A stretch of DNA of 55,683 bases, the filler included, from Sphacelaria rigidula (lineage: Eukaryota): the NCBI GenBank assembly GCA_964200075.2. It is 6 parts of 6 records of this genome, joined end to end, with 100 filler letters (N's around TTAATTAATTAA, not from the genome) between each part and the next. Parts side by side here need not be neighbours in the genome. Positions count along the whole stretch, not along the records: positions 1 to 9,198 come from CAXNAA020009065.1; positions 9,299 to 18,496 come from CAXNAA020009066.1; 4 more parts are not named here. One strand, written 5' to 3'. Shown in pieces: positions 1 through 12,355 of this stretch. Under the pieces are notes generated by a model. That model was not told the origin of the DNA. It did no database searches and was given only the letters and a program-made list of their open reading frames with translations. Positions within the stretch are counted from its first letter, which is position 1. Every line of letters starts with the position of its first letter. A program made the translations under genes and the position numbers.

Positions 1-1743
1 GGTGAAAAAGAAAAAACACCATGTTAAAAAAAAAAAAAGAACCCCCCCCCCCCCCCCCCCTCGGTAGAAAAAGGCGTTGAAAATCGCTGAAAAAACGACT
101 CTGCTATTCCTATAAGGAGCGACCTTGCTTGGCAACCATGACCCACAGTAAACCAAACAAGCACGTACGAGTGCGGTCATTAGCGGATAATGGCCGATAT
201 ATCGAGAAATTACTCGGGAAAATAGGTTGTAAGCGTGACCCTCAGGGCATACTTCGCACGCATGTACCGGTGACAAGTTACATTACAACCCGTGTTCCAG
301 AGAGCGTCGACGTTGAGTAGTCTCGACACTTAAAAGCCCAAAATTTCTCACACTTCGGACAGCTAGCCACCTGAATATCACGTCTCATCAGTGTACTGAC
401 GCGGATTATGAGCTAGCTCATTTGGCCCCTCATTGCATATTTACCCCCTAGAGCGCTGGACACCGAACACGCGAAATACCGCAAAGGTAGCCCTTCGGCT
501 TCTCGCACCCTGCCGTCACATAGTTTGTGTTTTTGAACGACGAATCTGAGAGTCTTGTTCGATGACCTGCTTTAGGTAGCTCATGAACTGTTCGACATCT
601 GCAACGTTTGACGAAACACTGGAGAATGACCGTAGCAAAACAACATCGCTACGAATATGTTTGCGCACCAGCGCAGCCTTGACGGCAGGCAGGAAGTGGC
701 ACTCTCCCGGAATGATGCCAGTACAGCAGTGACGTGTGTTGAGAGTACTTCGTTGTTAACATCAAGCACCTTGTACGTGTGGTCACACTGCATATCGCTA
801 CCGTGATGAATCTACTGACCACACAAGCCGCGATAGCCTATTAACAGGCGGGCAGCCAAAGCACACTCTCTTCTTTGATAGGTACGTACGCAAAAAAAAA
901 AACTGCTCAATTAATTGCCTCCCGTACAAGGCACAAGCAGTACTCCGATCTCACGGGCCGGAAGGAGAAACGAATTATCGCGTACCGTCGACCGCAAGTC
1001 GAGTACGGGTAAAGTAAAATTGCATTGAGCGTGCGATAGTAGCAACATTTTCCTCGCCTTCCTCATGTTCTCTACTTATCCTACTTTCTTTGGTGGTTCT
1101 AGCATGGTCGGTATGCCATCCACCCATGGGATATATATGATTCAACTTCCCTGTCGACGAAAAAAAAATACGGCATCTACGAAATCCTGTCTATCTTCTC
1201 TTACGGTTGTTTGGCATACTGGTTGCTGGAGGGGCGACAACTACTCCGGAGTTTTACAAAGAGCACTCATCACACAAAGTTTATTCTTTGCTCGCGTTAT
1301 GTTGCTCCAAGTCAAACGTTCGAGCATCATCGTATCCGTTGCTTGTTCACATATTGATGTTTGTATCTAGTACTAATAGGCAGATAGTCTGAAAGGGTTT
1401 TCAAGGATGACGACAGTGTGGGCATAGATGGCCGCCAGAACGATTTCTTCCAATTCCAAGTTTCGCCCAATGGGATCGCAAGCAACCCCGTCAGTATTGT
1501 CAAGCGGGCGAGTACGGGGTTTCATCGGCATCAGTGCAACACGTGACTGTCAAAAGCTCATTGTCAATAGCACAACGGCTGTGTCTAGCACGCCTTCGTA
1601 TCCCACTACCGACGCCAAAAATCACTCAAAACACCGGAGATGGAGATGCAATCTCGGAACATTTACTCCCCGGGGTGCCAGCAGACGCCGCGACGTCTGG
1701 CTGCTGCCGCGGCGATGAATAATGATGGATGCATCCCCACACA

Positions 1744-2097
1744 GGGCATTCCTCGTCGACCGCAGGGCTCGAGCCCCAAGGCCAGGCTGGAAGGCCTCAT
1801 GCAGACGTGTGGAGCTATCACCAAAGTGGCGGATGTCGCAGCCACGAAGATAGGAGAGGTCGGCCACTTCCGAGCATATACTGCGAGCTCAAAATACAGG
1901 GATCAGGACGGTAAACACCATACACATGAAGCACTTCTGTGTTCTGAGCTCGCGGTAGATTCTCACCAGTCGTCGATATACCCGATCTTGACGGATGCGG
2001 TATCCGCTGCTTAGTATCAGCCCTACACGCATGCATGGGCTCGTCGTGCAGCTAGCTGCCTTGGGGCTCGAACCCTGCGGTCGAGAGGGGACGCCCA
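1744..2097. repeat. Inverted repeat, ~39-bp arms around ~275-bp spacer
   Basis: Core 1756-1782 tcgaccgcagggctcgagccccaaggc versus 2058-2084, 1 mismatch in 27. Confidence 0.75.
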
Positions 2098-3088
2098 TTG
2101 TACGGGCATCTGTCGCTCACTATCGCGGGCTCTGTTGTGGAAGTGCTCGCCGACCAGGAGTAACGGCTTTAGGACCGCGTTCCCCGTCACTGGTGTTGCA
2201 AGCATCGACGGCAACGTTAGTGCGGTGCGAAGGCGCGCCGGGCGCGGCCAACGTGTCAACACGGAGCCTGCGGCAGACAAGTGCTGCACCGACGCCAGTG
2301 AGACCCCCAACTGGTCCGCTCAAGCATGTGCCAATCAGGCTGCTTCGATCCTGTTCGGCGAAAATTGAGAGTCAGGGAATTCTTCCTGGGAAGCCTCCGC
2401 CTGGCCTCCTGAATAGCAACCATGTATGTCCACGCTATCGCCGTCCTCCACAAGGGCGGCAGTGTACAGTACTTTGCTCCTATTACCGCACCCCCATCAG
2501 TCCCTACGCTGACACCACATGGATGTTTACCTCTCCCACACGAAGCACTCGAGGCCATCCATGCCCATCTTAATTGCTCCATGTAGGCGACACTGACAAT
2601 ACGACGTCGGCCGCTGTTGCCCTTGTTTGAGTCAAGCTCAGCAGCACAAAACCGTGATGTCTACACAATACAGTATGGTTTGAAACACAAAATCGAACAA
2701 ATCGTCTCTTTTCACACACTCTCCCTCTCTCTCACACATGGCGCAACGTGCTTACGTAACATATGACCCAAACACAAATCCGTGGATAATGCACAGCATT
2801 AGCATACAGTGTACTTACTGCGTAGAGTATCGAACATGTTGTCTATTGCAATAAACTTTACATTCGATTTTGTACGCGGTACACTTTTTGCCAGTGTAAT
2901 ATTATTGTCATCGTCCAGGGTTTGTGACACACATGAGAAGATAACACCTCTGGCCGCACAGAGACGGAACATCTTTCACACACGGAAAAGACAAAACAAT
3001 ACGTGCGCAAAATGGTATCCCGTGGATCTACACACCCTCAAATCGAATCCTCTTTCCACACAACGTAAATTTCTCCTTCTCTGTAGTA

Positions 3089-3453
3089 TCGCTGCGGTCG
3101 CTCAGTTGGTAACCTCGAAACCTTCGGACGGTTGGGTCGTGGGTTCAGATCTCGGAGCGATCTGGGATTTTTCCTTCACACAATGCCCAACACTGGAGAG
3201 TGAATATGTCGTGGGTACACAAGATTCGACTCAATGGTCGACGAGGGAAAGGGATTGCTGAACCCCTTTTGCGATAAAAATAAAAAGGCAAGCACCGCAG
3301 AAGGAAGGTGGAGTATCAAGACAAACAGACAAACAAACAAACAAACAAACTCCTGTGTCGGCCACCTTCCTGCGTGGCCCCGGTCGGTGCGCTCACAAAT
3401 ACCGAAAGATGTAGACCGGCGCCTAGAATAGATGGGACGACAACACACACACA
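3089..3453 (+). mobile_element. tRNA-derived SINE, full length
   Basis: Head GGTCGCTCAGTTGGT (A box) ... CTTCGGA ... GGTTCAGATC (degenerate B box), conserved body, tail gggacgacaacacacacac. Confidence 0.8.
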
Positions 3454-3470
3454 TCACCAATGAAATTTAC

Positions 3471-3660
3471 CTGTCTTGTACGACACTTCAGTGACGGGAA
3501 TCTCGTTGTCCTGAGCTGCTTTGAGCAAGGCAAGCGATTCTCGCCAGCGCCCGCCCCTCTCGTGATACTTACTCTTGCTGAGCATGTGCAGCATTGCCCG
3601 TATCTGCCTTGACGAAGGGACAATCCCGTACTCGTCCAACGAGTAGAACAAATCCATTGC
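3471..3660 (-). CDS. PPR protein, internal exon C
   Basis: tgtcacag|GCA ... ACAG|GTAAAT. AMDLFYSLDEYGIVPSSRQIRAMLHMLSK...GRWRESLALLKAAQDNEIPVTEVSYKT is PPR-like and in phase with exon B. Confidence 0.8.
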
Positions 3661-3774
3661 CTGTGACAAAACAACCGCATCGCGATAAAATAAAAAAAAT
3701 AGGAAAAGAGAAGGAGAGGGGAAAATGTACGGTTTGCTCATATTGGATGAAGACCTCCCCCCCCCCTTCGCAAC

Positions 3775-4213
3775 AACACCTGCACCTGCCAGAGAGAAGA
3801 AATAGGAATATCAGCGGTCAAGTGAAGGAAGAAGTAGATGCACTCAGGTGCCCCTGTGGCAAAGCAATGGAGAGCAGAACTCATAAAGTGGTGAAATGTG
3901 AAGTGTACAAGGAGGAACGGGCCGTGCTAGAGGAAGAAATGTGGCAATCCAACCAAGGTAGAATGAAATCGTTTGATACACTAGACAGTAGCGAAAAAAC
4001 AATCTCTGTACTTGGAGATAGATGGTGGCCACAGATGGCGAAACAGGAAGGGGATGGATATGTAGTTTCTGTTTAATATGATGAAAGAAACGTAATGAGC
4101 GCCCAACAGTTAGAGATGTCTCAATTAGGAGTAGGAAGGGTGCTCCGTCTCGAAAGGGGTGCGTGGTCAGTGGTCAAATGACGAAGGCAAGCAACGAATG
4201 AGTACCCCCCCCC
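3775..4213 (+). mobile_element. 5'-truncated LINE 3' end with 3' UTR and poly(C) terminus
   Basis: LHLPERR...CPCG...ESRTHKVVKCEVYKEER...MKSFDTLDS is homologous to the C-terminus of the 37910-41830 LINE. Ends ggcaagcaacgaatgagtacCCCCCCCC. Confidence 0.82.
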
Positions 4214-4399
4214 TCCTCCCCCTTTCAAGAATTCATCATATATCTAGAAATATATATAGTGTACAACACGTCTGTTCCATACAAACCAAAGTACACACTT
4301 GTTCACTGCAAAAAATATATGCAATCAGAAAATCACGTACCGTACAGTCAAGTTTGTTAGTACCCAACAAAAAAAGCCTTCTATCTCTGCTTCTCTCAC

Positions 4400-4558
4400 C
4401 GCCGGCCAGAGGTCCTCATACTTGACGCACTCGCTAAACAAATCGCGAAAGACAGACTTCCTGTTCGCCGCGTCCATTTCGGCCAAAATCCCAATTTCTT
4501 TCATATCTCCCAAGATTTTTAGCGCGGCCCGCACGGGCGTGTCAACGTCGTACCCTCC
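4400..4558 (-). CDS. PPR protein, internal exon B
   Basis: gtggcag|GGA ... GCG|GTGAGA, 53 codons, phase 0-0. GGYDVDTPVRAALKILGDMKEIGI completes the PPR helix pair begun in exon A. Confidence 0.78.
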
Positions 4559-4596
4559 CTGCCACGTCAACAGGCGGGGAATGAATGTGGGTAGGG

Positions 4597-4633
<37 letters not shown>

Positions 4634-4695
4634 AGGAAAAGAAACTAAGAATGTTGTTGATAAAAGGGTAGTACTCGGAGTTAAGAACGGAGCGG

Positions 4696-4705
4696 NNNNN
4701 NNNNN
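4696..4705. other. Internal 10-N scaffolding gap beside a poly(G) run
   Basis: Ten Ns followed by a G homopolymer. Confidence 0.9.
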
Positions 4706-7523
4706 GGGGGGGGGGGGGGGGGAGGGATATGATGATCAACTGATTGATTGTCTCCGATGAAGTGGTGCCTTACCGATCATCCAGGTGTGGTGGCAAGCCA
4801 CACGATACATGTACGGTGTCAGCAACGACCCTCAAATGAGACGGAAGATACGTTTTTAGCTCAACCCAACTCTACTGCAGCAAACACGGACGAAACATCG
4901 CTTGTACGTAACAACATATTCTACTTGATACGAGGAAGATAGCTTCTATAAATTACAGATATATACATGTAATGTACTTGACCTAAGGCCATGCATGCTG
5001 CTGGAAGGGCCAGCCATTTTCTTGTCCCTTGTTCGCACCCCCTCCACCCCCCCCCCTCCCTCCCTTTTTGTGTTTTTTAATCGCGATCGACCATGCGAAT
5101 CTTCTTCCCCAACTCTCCAATTCCTGTATTTATTTCTTCATCTGTTGTTCCGTCTCATTTATCGTTTTGGTTTAGTTTTTTACTCCCCGATTGTTGCACC
5201 CTTCCTTCCTTCCTTGCATTTTGTCGTTGTCGAGTTTTCCTCCAGCTGCTCCCATTCTTATCCACCTTGGGAAAGTAGTACTAGTACTAGTACTGTACAT
5301 CACATCTATACCTCGGAACTCAATGGCGTGACACAAACAAAAAAAACAGCATACCATCGTGAGTGATACTCAAAAGTTAGTTAGCTTGCGATTGACTGCC
5401 CCAAGCCAAGCGTTTGGCTGCTCCGGTGCGATCTTTTTTAGTTTGGCGTGATATGTAATAGCAGTATTATATATCCCTCCTATCCAAAAAAACACACCCC
5501 GACTCATACAATCCGATAACATTTATATCCCCTGATATCTTTACTTGTATTGATGGTAAACTGGCCATGACAGTGGAAGCGGTTTCTTTTCGTTCCGTAC
5601 TGAGGGCTGAATCCTTGTTCACATAGTACGTTTTGCCTGTACCGCAACCTCTGAGAAGGACGCGACTCTCGACACCCTTTCCTTTACATGATTTGATTTA
5701 TTATACGGGATCTTGATACACAGTTAAATAGTTAAATATATAGACTGATGCGAAGTTAATATATACACTTGCGGTATTAGAGAGTTTTGGAAAATATCTT
5801 CTCCCATCTTGAGAGCCAACATGGAGGGGAAAATAGCCCGTAACGGTGCACGTTCCACTATGATTTTCATTTTAGAGCGATTTTTTCAGCGTCAGAGTGT
5901 CGTTTACACCCCCTTCACTCTGAAAAATGTTTGGCCTCTTCATAGTTCATAGCGGAACGATGAAGAATCACCCCCACCACTATGGTCATAGTCTGTCCAA
6001 AATCAATATAGCCTGACAAGCAAAGTGGGACATCCATCGCAACTGTCATGCTAATCACAACAGATCAGTCACGAAGTAGCAACGCTTGGCATCGCCATCA
6101 AAGGACCTCCCTGATGCCGCCATGGTGTCAGCATTCGCTTGCTTGCGTTGCTTGAAAATTCAAATGCTCGGCGGGTACACGACGTTACCTTGGGTGCACT
6201 TCCTCACTCTTTCTAGCCTCAGCTGGAAAAATACGGTGTGAGCGATTCGTAGTCTACAGCGCACAAGCAATACCATACCTGCCTGCATTGTTATTCCGTT
6301 AGAGGTCATGAAATCTTGCACCACCGTTATGGGTGGCACGTTGGAACATCATTACAATATATGCGGCTTGGTCTGTTGCTTGAAAGTGCCGGGTACTGTA
6401 CTACTACTAGAGTAGTACAACTGACTGTACGGTATCGCTGTAGTTTAATGTGATGTACTGTTGTAGGATCATCACTGCACTACAGCGCTACGGTGAACCG
6501 TTACAGCACTACAGAGCCCTGTAACGCACCGTAATGCGCTGAAATACTGCAAGTGCAGTGAGGCGAAATGTTCTGTACGACACAAACTCGCTAGTCTCTT
6601 GTACCATGTTGTGCTAACCTACGCATTTTCGGACTGGACGCTGGTCGATCTCACATTTGGCGGCACAAACTGCGACAAAAAACCCGCGTCAATCACGTCA
6701 CATCAGCTTCCGCTGTGAAATATTTAGCGTCCACTCTGGAGTTTCAAAGCTTCCACTCTGAACTCTGACTCTATGATGAGTTCCCTCCCCCCCCCCCCAC
6801 CCCCGAAACTCTCCATTCCCTGGTTGTGCTTTTGTTCATGCTCTACTGTGTCCTTGGGTTATATAGCTTCTCTATTGATAGTCCTATTCTTCCCTGTCCT
6901 CTCTTCCTCGCCGTTTCTTTCCTCTCACTTTCGGCGTTATACAAGTAGCAGTTTAGTACCTTGCTCTTCTTGGGGGTTGTGGGTAAGAGGTCATCCCCAG
7001 ACAGTATGGCGGAAGTAGCTGAGCCGCAATGTGCTCTCACAGATTGTTCTCTTGTGTATGAGTGCACGTGCTTTTCCGAGAGAGGTAACTCTTGCCTCAA
7101 GCAATGCCATAGAGGCCGGCCATTTCTAATTTCATTTGGCCACCACCCATGTATTTTCATCTCCGATCTCTCCTCCGTTTTTTTCCATTTTTCTTCCTTG
7201 TTTGTGCTTTGAGTTTGTACTTTGTTCGTTCCCTCTCTTTGCCCCCCCCTTCCCCCCCCACACACAATTCTCTTCTTCAGCAAGCGTGTCTGTTTCAGCC
7301 ACTTGGGGTACGTACGTCCATCTCGTGCATAAGACCATGGCTGGATCATCACTACCCGGGAACCAGTTTACATGCGACATTCAATTTAGCATTACACAGG
7401 TATCAACTCAATCTTCTTCGCACGATCGCTTGATTCAATCGTTTTTTTTTTTTCCCCCACCATTTCGTTCTCCGAAACGACAACAACAACCATTACAAAA
7501 AAAAAGAATAAAAAAACACTCAC

Positions 7524-7856
7524 ACGGACCAAGGTCTTCATGGTTTGGAAGTAAGTGATCTCCGACGGCTGAGCCTTGATATCTTCGCGTCGAATATGCC
7601 GGAACAGGTCGATCGCCTCCTGCCATCTTCGCATCTTCCGACACGCCAGCAGAGCGGAGGTGTAGCAAGACGTGTTCGGCATGGGATTCCTCTTCTTCAC
7701 TAGGCCCCAGAAGAATTTGAGGGTGCGATCCCAAAGGTTGTTGTCGGCCAGAATCACCATGTACAAGCTGCAGAGAGGCAGGAACATGGGGCGGATGGTC
7801 TTCCCTCTACCCTTCAAGTAGGCCGCCATCAGTCTTTCCGCTTCGAACAGGGCGTA
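7524..7856 (-). CDS. Pentatricopeptide-repeat (PPR) protein, internal exon A
   Basis: Acceptor acacaacag|TAC and donor CGT|GTGAGT (alternative donor TTG|GT would end it at 7530, same phase); 111 codons. PPR motifs PNTSCYTSALLACRKMRRWQEAIDLFRHIRREDI and PSEITYFQTMKTL. Confidence 0.85.
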
Positions 7857-8944
7857 CTGTTGTGTGCGTGCGTGCGTGCGTGCGTTGGAAAAAAGAATAC
7901 AAGAAGCAAAAGCAACAGGACAAACATCATGAGTGTATTTACACTGTGCGTGCGTGAAAACGTAATGCGGAAATTTGACACAGGAAAAAAAACAAAAAAA
8001 GAAGGAGGAAAGAATGGGAAAGGGAAGTACACATATTTTTGTTCTCAGCTCCCCCGTTAAGGCGATGGATTGGGCGTCATTGTACACGTTTACATATGCA
8101 CAGGTCTACACACACAGAAGCACAGACGAGCTAGGAAAAAATCCTACCTATTGTTGGGACGTTTGTGTTCATGATCTTGCATGCCGTAGCCATAACATCA
8201 ACGGTCTAACATCCCTCCCTACGCAGCCGGGATGGACCACGCCGGGTTTTCACCGGACCGGGCTCGCAATCAATCACCAAGCGCGAAGCGCCGTGACGTG
8301 TTCGACGAGTCGCATGAAGGGTGGGCTACATTCTGGCAAGATTGTTCGGCCCGAAGCCTATTGATTATCTCGCCTATGGACGATGGCCTCCAATTAGTTG
8401 CTTAATTTTCTGGTATCATCACTTTCAAAGAGATAGCCACGGGTTACATACTGCTCTTGATTTAGTAGCCCGGACATCAGACCCCCAAATGTTTCACGTA
8501 CCGATTGCAGTATAGTATATACGCTCAGGAACACAAGAAGCTGGATGATATGTCTGCATCATGGTTCATGGCAACGAATGTCGTTCGGGAGGGATAAACG
8601 CGAGGGTGAATTGTGGACAGGGTAGCAATAATAATAACATGGGTCATCTACGGGCAGGCTGATGGAAGTTCATCCGTTCTTAGGCCCATTAGTCTCCACA
8701 TCTTGCTTCACGTTCCGTGCCGCCCTCCACCGATACGCCTCTTTTTTGAAATTATTATCTTCACAAAAAAAGGGGCTTGTGAAGTTAGTTACATCCTTTG
8801 TCGCAGGCTGACTCTTGTAAGGACACGTTTCACCATATACTTCACTTCTACGCCGTTTGACAATCATCAGGCCGATGAACCTCCGGATGAGATTTGCAAT
8901 CTACGAGTCTTTGAGCCCTGCTTGCTGTCCCCCCGCCCTCAGTC

Positions 8945-9198
8945 AGGCTATAGTGGCAGAATGTGAAGTATACAAAGAGGAACGGGACGTGCTAGAGAGG
9001 GAAATGCGAGATGAACGAAGGTGGCATGAAATCGTCTGATGCGTAAGACAGTAGGGAGAAAACGACGGCTATACTAGGAAGTAGGTGGTGGCGAGGGACG
9101 GTGAAACAGGACGGGGATAAGATATGTAAAAGGTTTTTGTGTAATGTATGGAAGAAACGTAATGAGGGCCGGAATGCTGCAGGTGTCTCTATTGGGAG
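8945..9198 (+). mobile_element. LINE 3' fragment, cut by contig end
   Basis: IVAECEVYKEERDVLEREMRD and downstream sequence are colinear with 3890-4130. Confidence 0.78.
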
Positions 9199-9298
9199 NN
9201 NNNNNNNNNNNNNNNNNNNNNNNNNNNNNNNNNNNNNNNNNNTTAATTAATTAANNNNNNNNNNNNNNNNNNNNNNNNNNNNNNNNNNNNNNNNNNNN
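9199..9298. other. Artificial contig-joining spacer
   Basis: N44-TTAATTAATTAA-N44. Confidence 0.97.
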
Positions 9299-11250
9299 AC
9301 CCTAATTTGAGTACCTCAAGTACGTCTTTCAAAATACCCCGCAATTGAGTATACTCTACTCGACCTGCCCTCGGAATAATTCAACCCCCCTTTTTACACA
9401 TTCGCTCCTTACAGCGCCGAACGCTGAGCACGCTGAGCGGCGCAAATGTTGCGCTTTGGCTTCTCCGACTCCGCGATCACATATTTTGTGTTTGTGGACC
9501 AACGGATTGATTCGAGAGTCTTATTTGGCTAATTATTTCAGACAGATCATAACCTGTCCGACATATGATATGATTGGACCAAACTGATCCGACCTTACCG
9601 CAGTGACATTTTCTGTGTTCGCCTCACGAGTGTGTTTGTAATTTTTTCGATTTTTCGATTTTTCTGTTCCCCTTGCTCGGTATATTCATGATTACGGTCG
9701 GTGATCTTCGTGTCCATATTTTCATCATTTTTCAAGTGTTAAAAAATAATGAGGCATTTGTGGCCCCATGGATACGATGAGATACGAGGGTTCCAAAACA
9801 GTTTTTTTTTTGCAACACTGTGACGATTTTCGTGTTTTGATTTCTTGGGTAACTAACGACAAAGACGACGAGACGAGAACATATCAAGACATGGTACTTC
9901 AAAACGAGGAATACAGATATGTTTATTGGCCAAAACAGGAGTATACTTGGCTCAAGCCCGGATGGATTGTGAATCGCATTGAAAGAAAAAGAGCAATTCT
10001 CTTTTGCTCACCAGGTGGTAGTTACAGCACTACTGAGCAAAAGCGATGTCGTGTCTTGTAGAGGATGACGACAAAACGGATACATCGGTTCAAGGCCGCA
10101 TTTGTTTCCTTTGTCGCTACTCAGCTATAATAGCAACTTCATCAAGGAGTTCAAGACGACCTTGAAGCATAGGGAGGATCAGTTCATATCACCCCCAAGT
10201 GTACCTACGCGTGTGCGGAAACCCAGCAAAACGCAGACATCTGCGTCTGAAAGCAACCGTGGCGTGGGGACGGGGGGTGTTATACACCGTTCGTAAGCCA
10301 CAGTCGTCTGTCTGCCCACTCCCCGCACGTCCTCGAAAAGGCTGTAGCGTGATGCCCCCCCCCTTTATCCTGTATCCTTTCGAGCAACGGTTTGGAATTT
10401 TTCCCGTTTGTTAGAGGGAATAGGAGCGACGAGAAACGACTGAGAGACTGACCGCGTCGGTACATTTTCTCTCGCCGCCAGTGCTTGCGCTATACACACA
10501 CCTACTCCACAAACACAAGCATGGCCGCGGCAGAGCCACCGAAGCGGGGGACACGGCCGACGGAGGGACAAAAAACATATTCCTGAACAACTGAATCGCA
10601 GAAAACCAGAGAGGGGAGAAACAAAATACACGAAACAAGAGAGGACAGTACTTTGACCGCGACAAAAAAACAAGCGATATTTTGGGGGATGGAAATGGTC
10701 ATTTTCCGGTAGGAGAGGGGATATGTAACCCTCGTTCACGCTTTTTTTTGTTTTCGGCGTGTGAATTCAACACACGAGGGTCACCGTCACCCAAAAAGCC
10801 AGACCACTGAGGAAGCACAGCAGTTGGGGAATGAGTATAAAAAAAGCACGACAGCCATGTGTTGCAGGCAGCAGGAACGTGACGAGACACGACAACCCCC
10901 AAAAGCACTATTCATCACACGTTCAATTGCCCACGCGTGCATCACCGTTTCTCTTGGGGACTAAGTACCCCCCAACAACGAAACTGAAAAGTGTTCAGTC
11001 CCCCTCACGACCGCCCGTTCCGACAAAAGACACGGCGGCTAGCTCGAGGCGAAGTTGTGCAACAACGATCCGTCACACCCTTCCGCCCGCCCGATCACCA
11101 TGTCGCTACTACTGGCTGATCAAGTAGCGAAGTGTTTTTTTTCGAGTTAAGTAGAGTTCCGAGCGATATTGACTTCATTGCAATACAACACATTTGAGAA
11201 ACACATACACACACACACACACTGAACGATCTTGTTGACTAAACCCTCAC

Positions 11251-12355
11251 CGCACTTGGAAGTCCCGAAAAAAAAAACGCCAGGATAACACCGAAGGTGA
11301 CCGTCGTTATCGTAGAAACACCTCGTTCGTCCGTCTCGCAGGGTCCCTCCCATGCCATGGTTGGAAATACGCGTCTCCAACAGACTCTGCAGCTCCCGCG
11401 ACACTGCATGGGCCCCTCTCTCCGGCTGTTCAGCAGCGGTAATCGCCGAATCTCCGTTTTCAATTCCAAAAACCTGGCTGGTTTCCGCCAGTCGGTGGCT
11501 CGTCTCCTCCGCATCCACCGCTCGTCCCATGTCCTCGGCCGGCTGATGCCGCTTACTGTCATCCCCAACCGCACTTCCATCACCAAGCCTACCGCCCACA
11601 CGACCATCCGCGACAGCAGCGTCTGCCGGAAGTACACCTGCATGGTCATGCTCCAACTTCAATCGACTATCGTTGCCGTTATCTGTCGCTACTGCCGCTC
11701 CGGCTGCTGCTGCTGCTGCTGCTGCTGCCGCAAGTGTCTCTTCTCCATCTCGTGTTTCTTGTCCCGATAGGCGCCGCGATAAAATCGCGGCGGGGGAAGA
11801 CTTTGTCGGTCTTTCCGCTTCCTGCTGCTGCTGCTGCTGCCGAGACTTTTGCTCTGGTCGAAGCAATCGCCGACCTCCTCCGTTGGCCTCGCCGTCGCCG
11901 GTACTGTCGCGCGTTTGGCCATCACCCGCGAATACCGTCCTGCCGTCCGCCACTCTTCCTTCCCTTCGTCGGGATTCTCTCGATTCGAATAAAAAGTCTC
12001 CGTCGTTCGCCGAGAACTCTGACCTGGCCGCCCCCCTAATTGTAGTTGTTGTTCCAGACGTGGCAGTTCTATCGGCGTCATCAAAACCGTTTTGCACGTG
12101 CCGTGATCGTTGTAACGGCGCCGCGTCGGCAGGGGCAGGAGATCTCATGGAATATGACCAAGGCATAATTAGCAATGCTCCCGTGTCGATGAGCGTCTGC
12201 TGGGTCGACAACATTAAGGTCGCTGCTGCGGCCAAGATGATCAAAACAGTCGCCGTGGAGCACCAGTGCCGTCGCTCACCCGGACGCTTTACGTCACCGA
12301 CGCCGCCGACGCGGCTAGCGTGCGAGCGTGATGTTGCACGACAGACGGAGTCCAT
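11251..12355 (-). CDS. Type II membrane (Golgi) sulfotransferase, CHST15/heparan-3-OST-like, first coding exon
   Basis: ATG at 12355 (start inferred), hydrophobic anchor TVLIILAAAATLML, ~300-aa low-complexity stem with polyQ/polyA. Ends HLRCYPGVFFFGTSKC-G|GTGAGG, the start of the 5'-PSB PAPS-binding loop (compare the CHST15-type LRCLP..FIIG..KCGT). Confidence 0.72.

Noticed and set aside
9243-9254. TTAATTAATTAA recurring every ~9.3 kb as a biological motif
   Set aside because: It is embedded in fixed N-runs and is a synthetic six-frame stop linker.
3471-12355. Sulfotransferase-PPR fusion or gene cluster on the minus strand
   Set aside because: An artificial spacer at 9199-9298 separates them.
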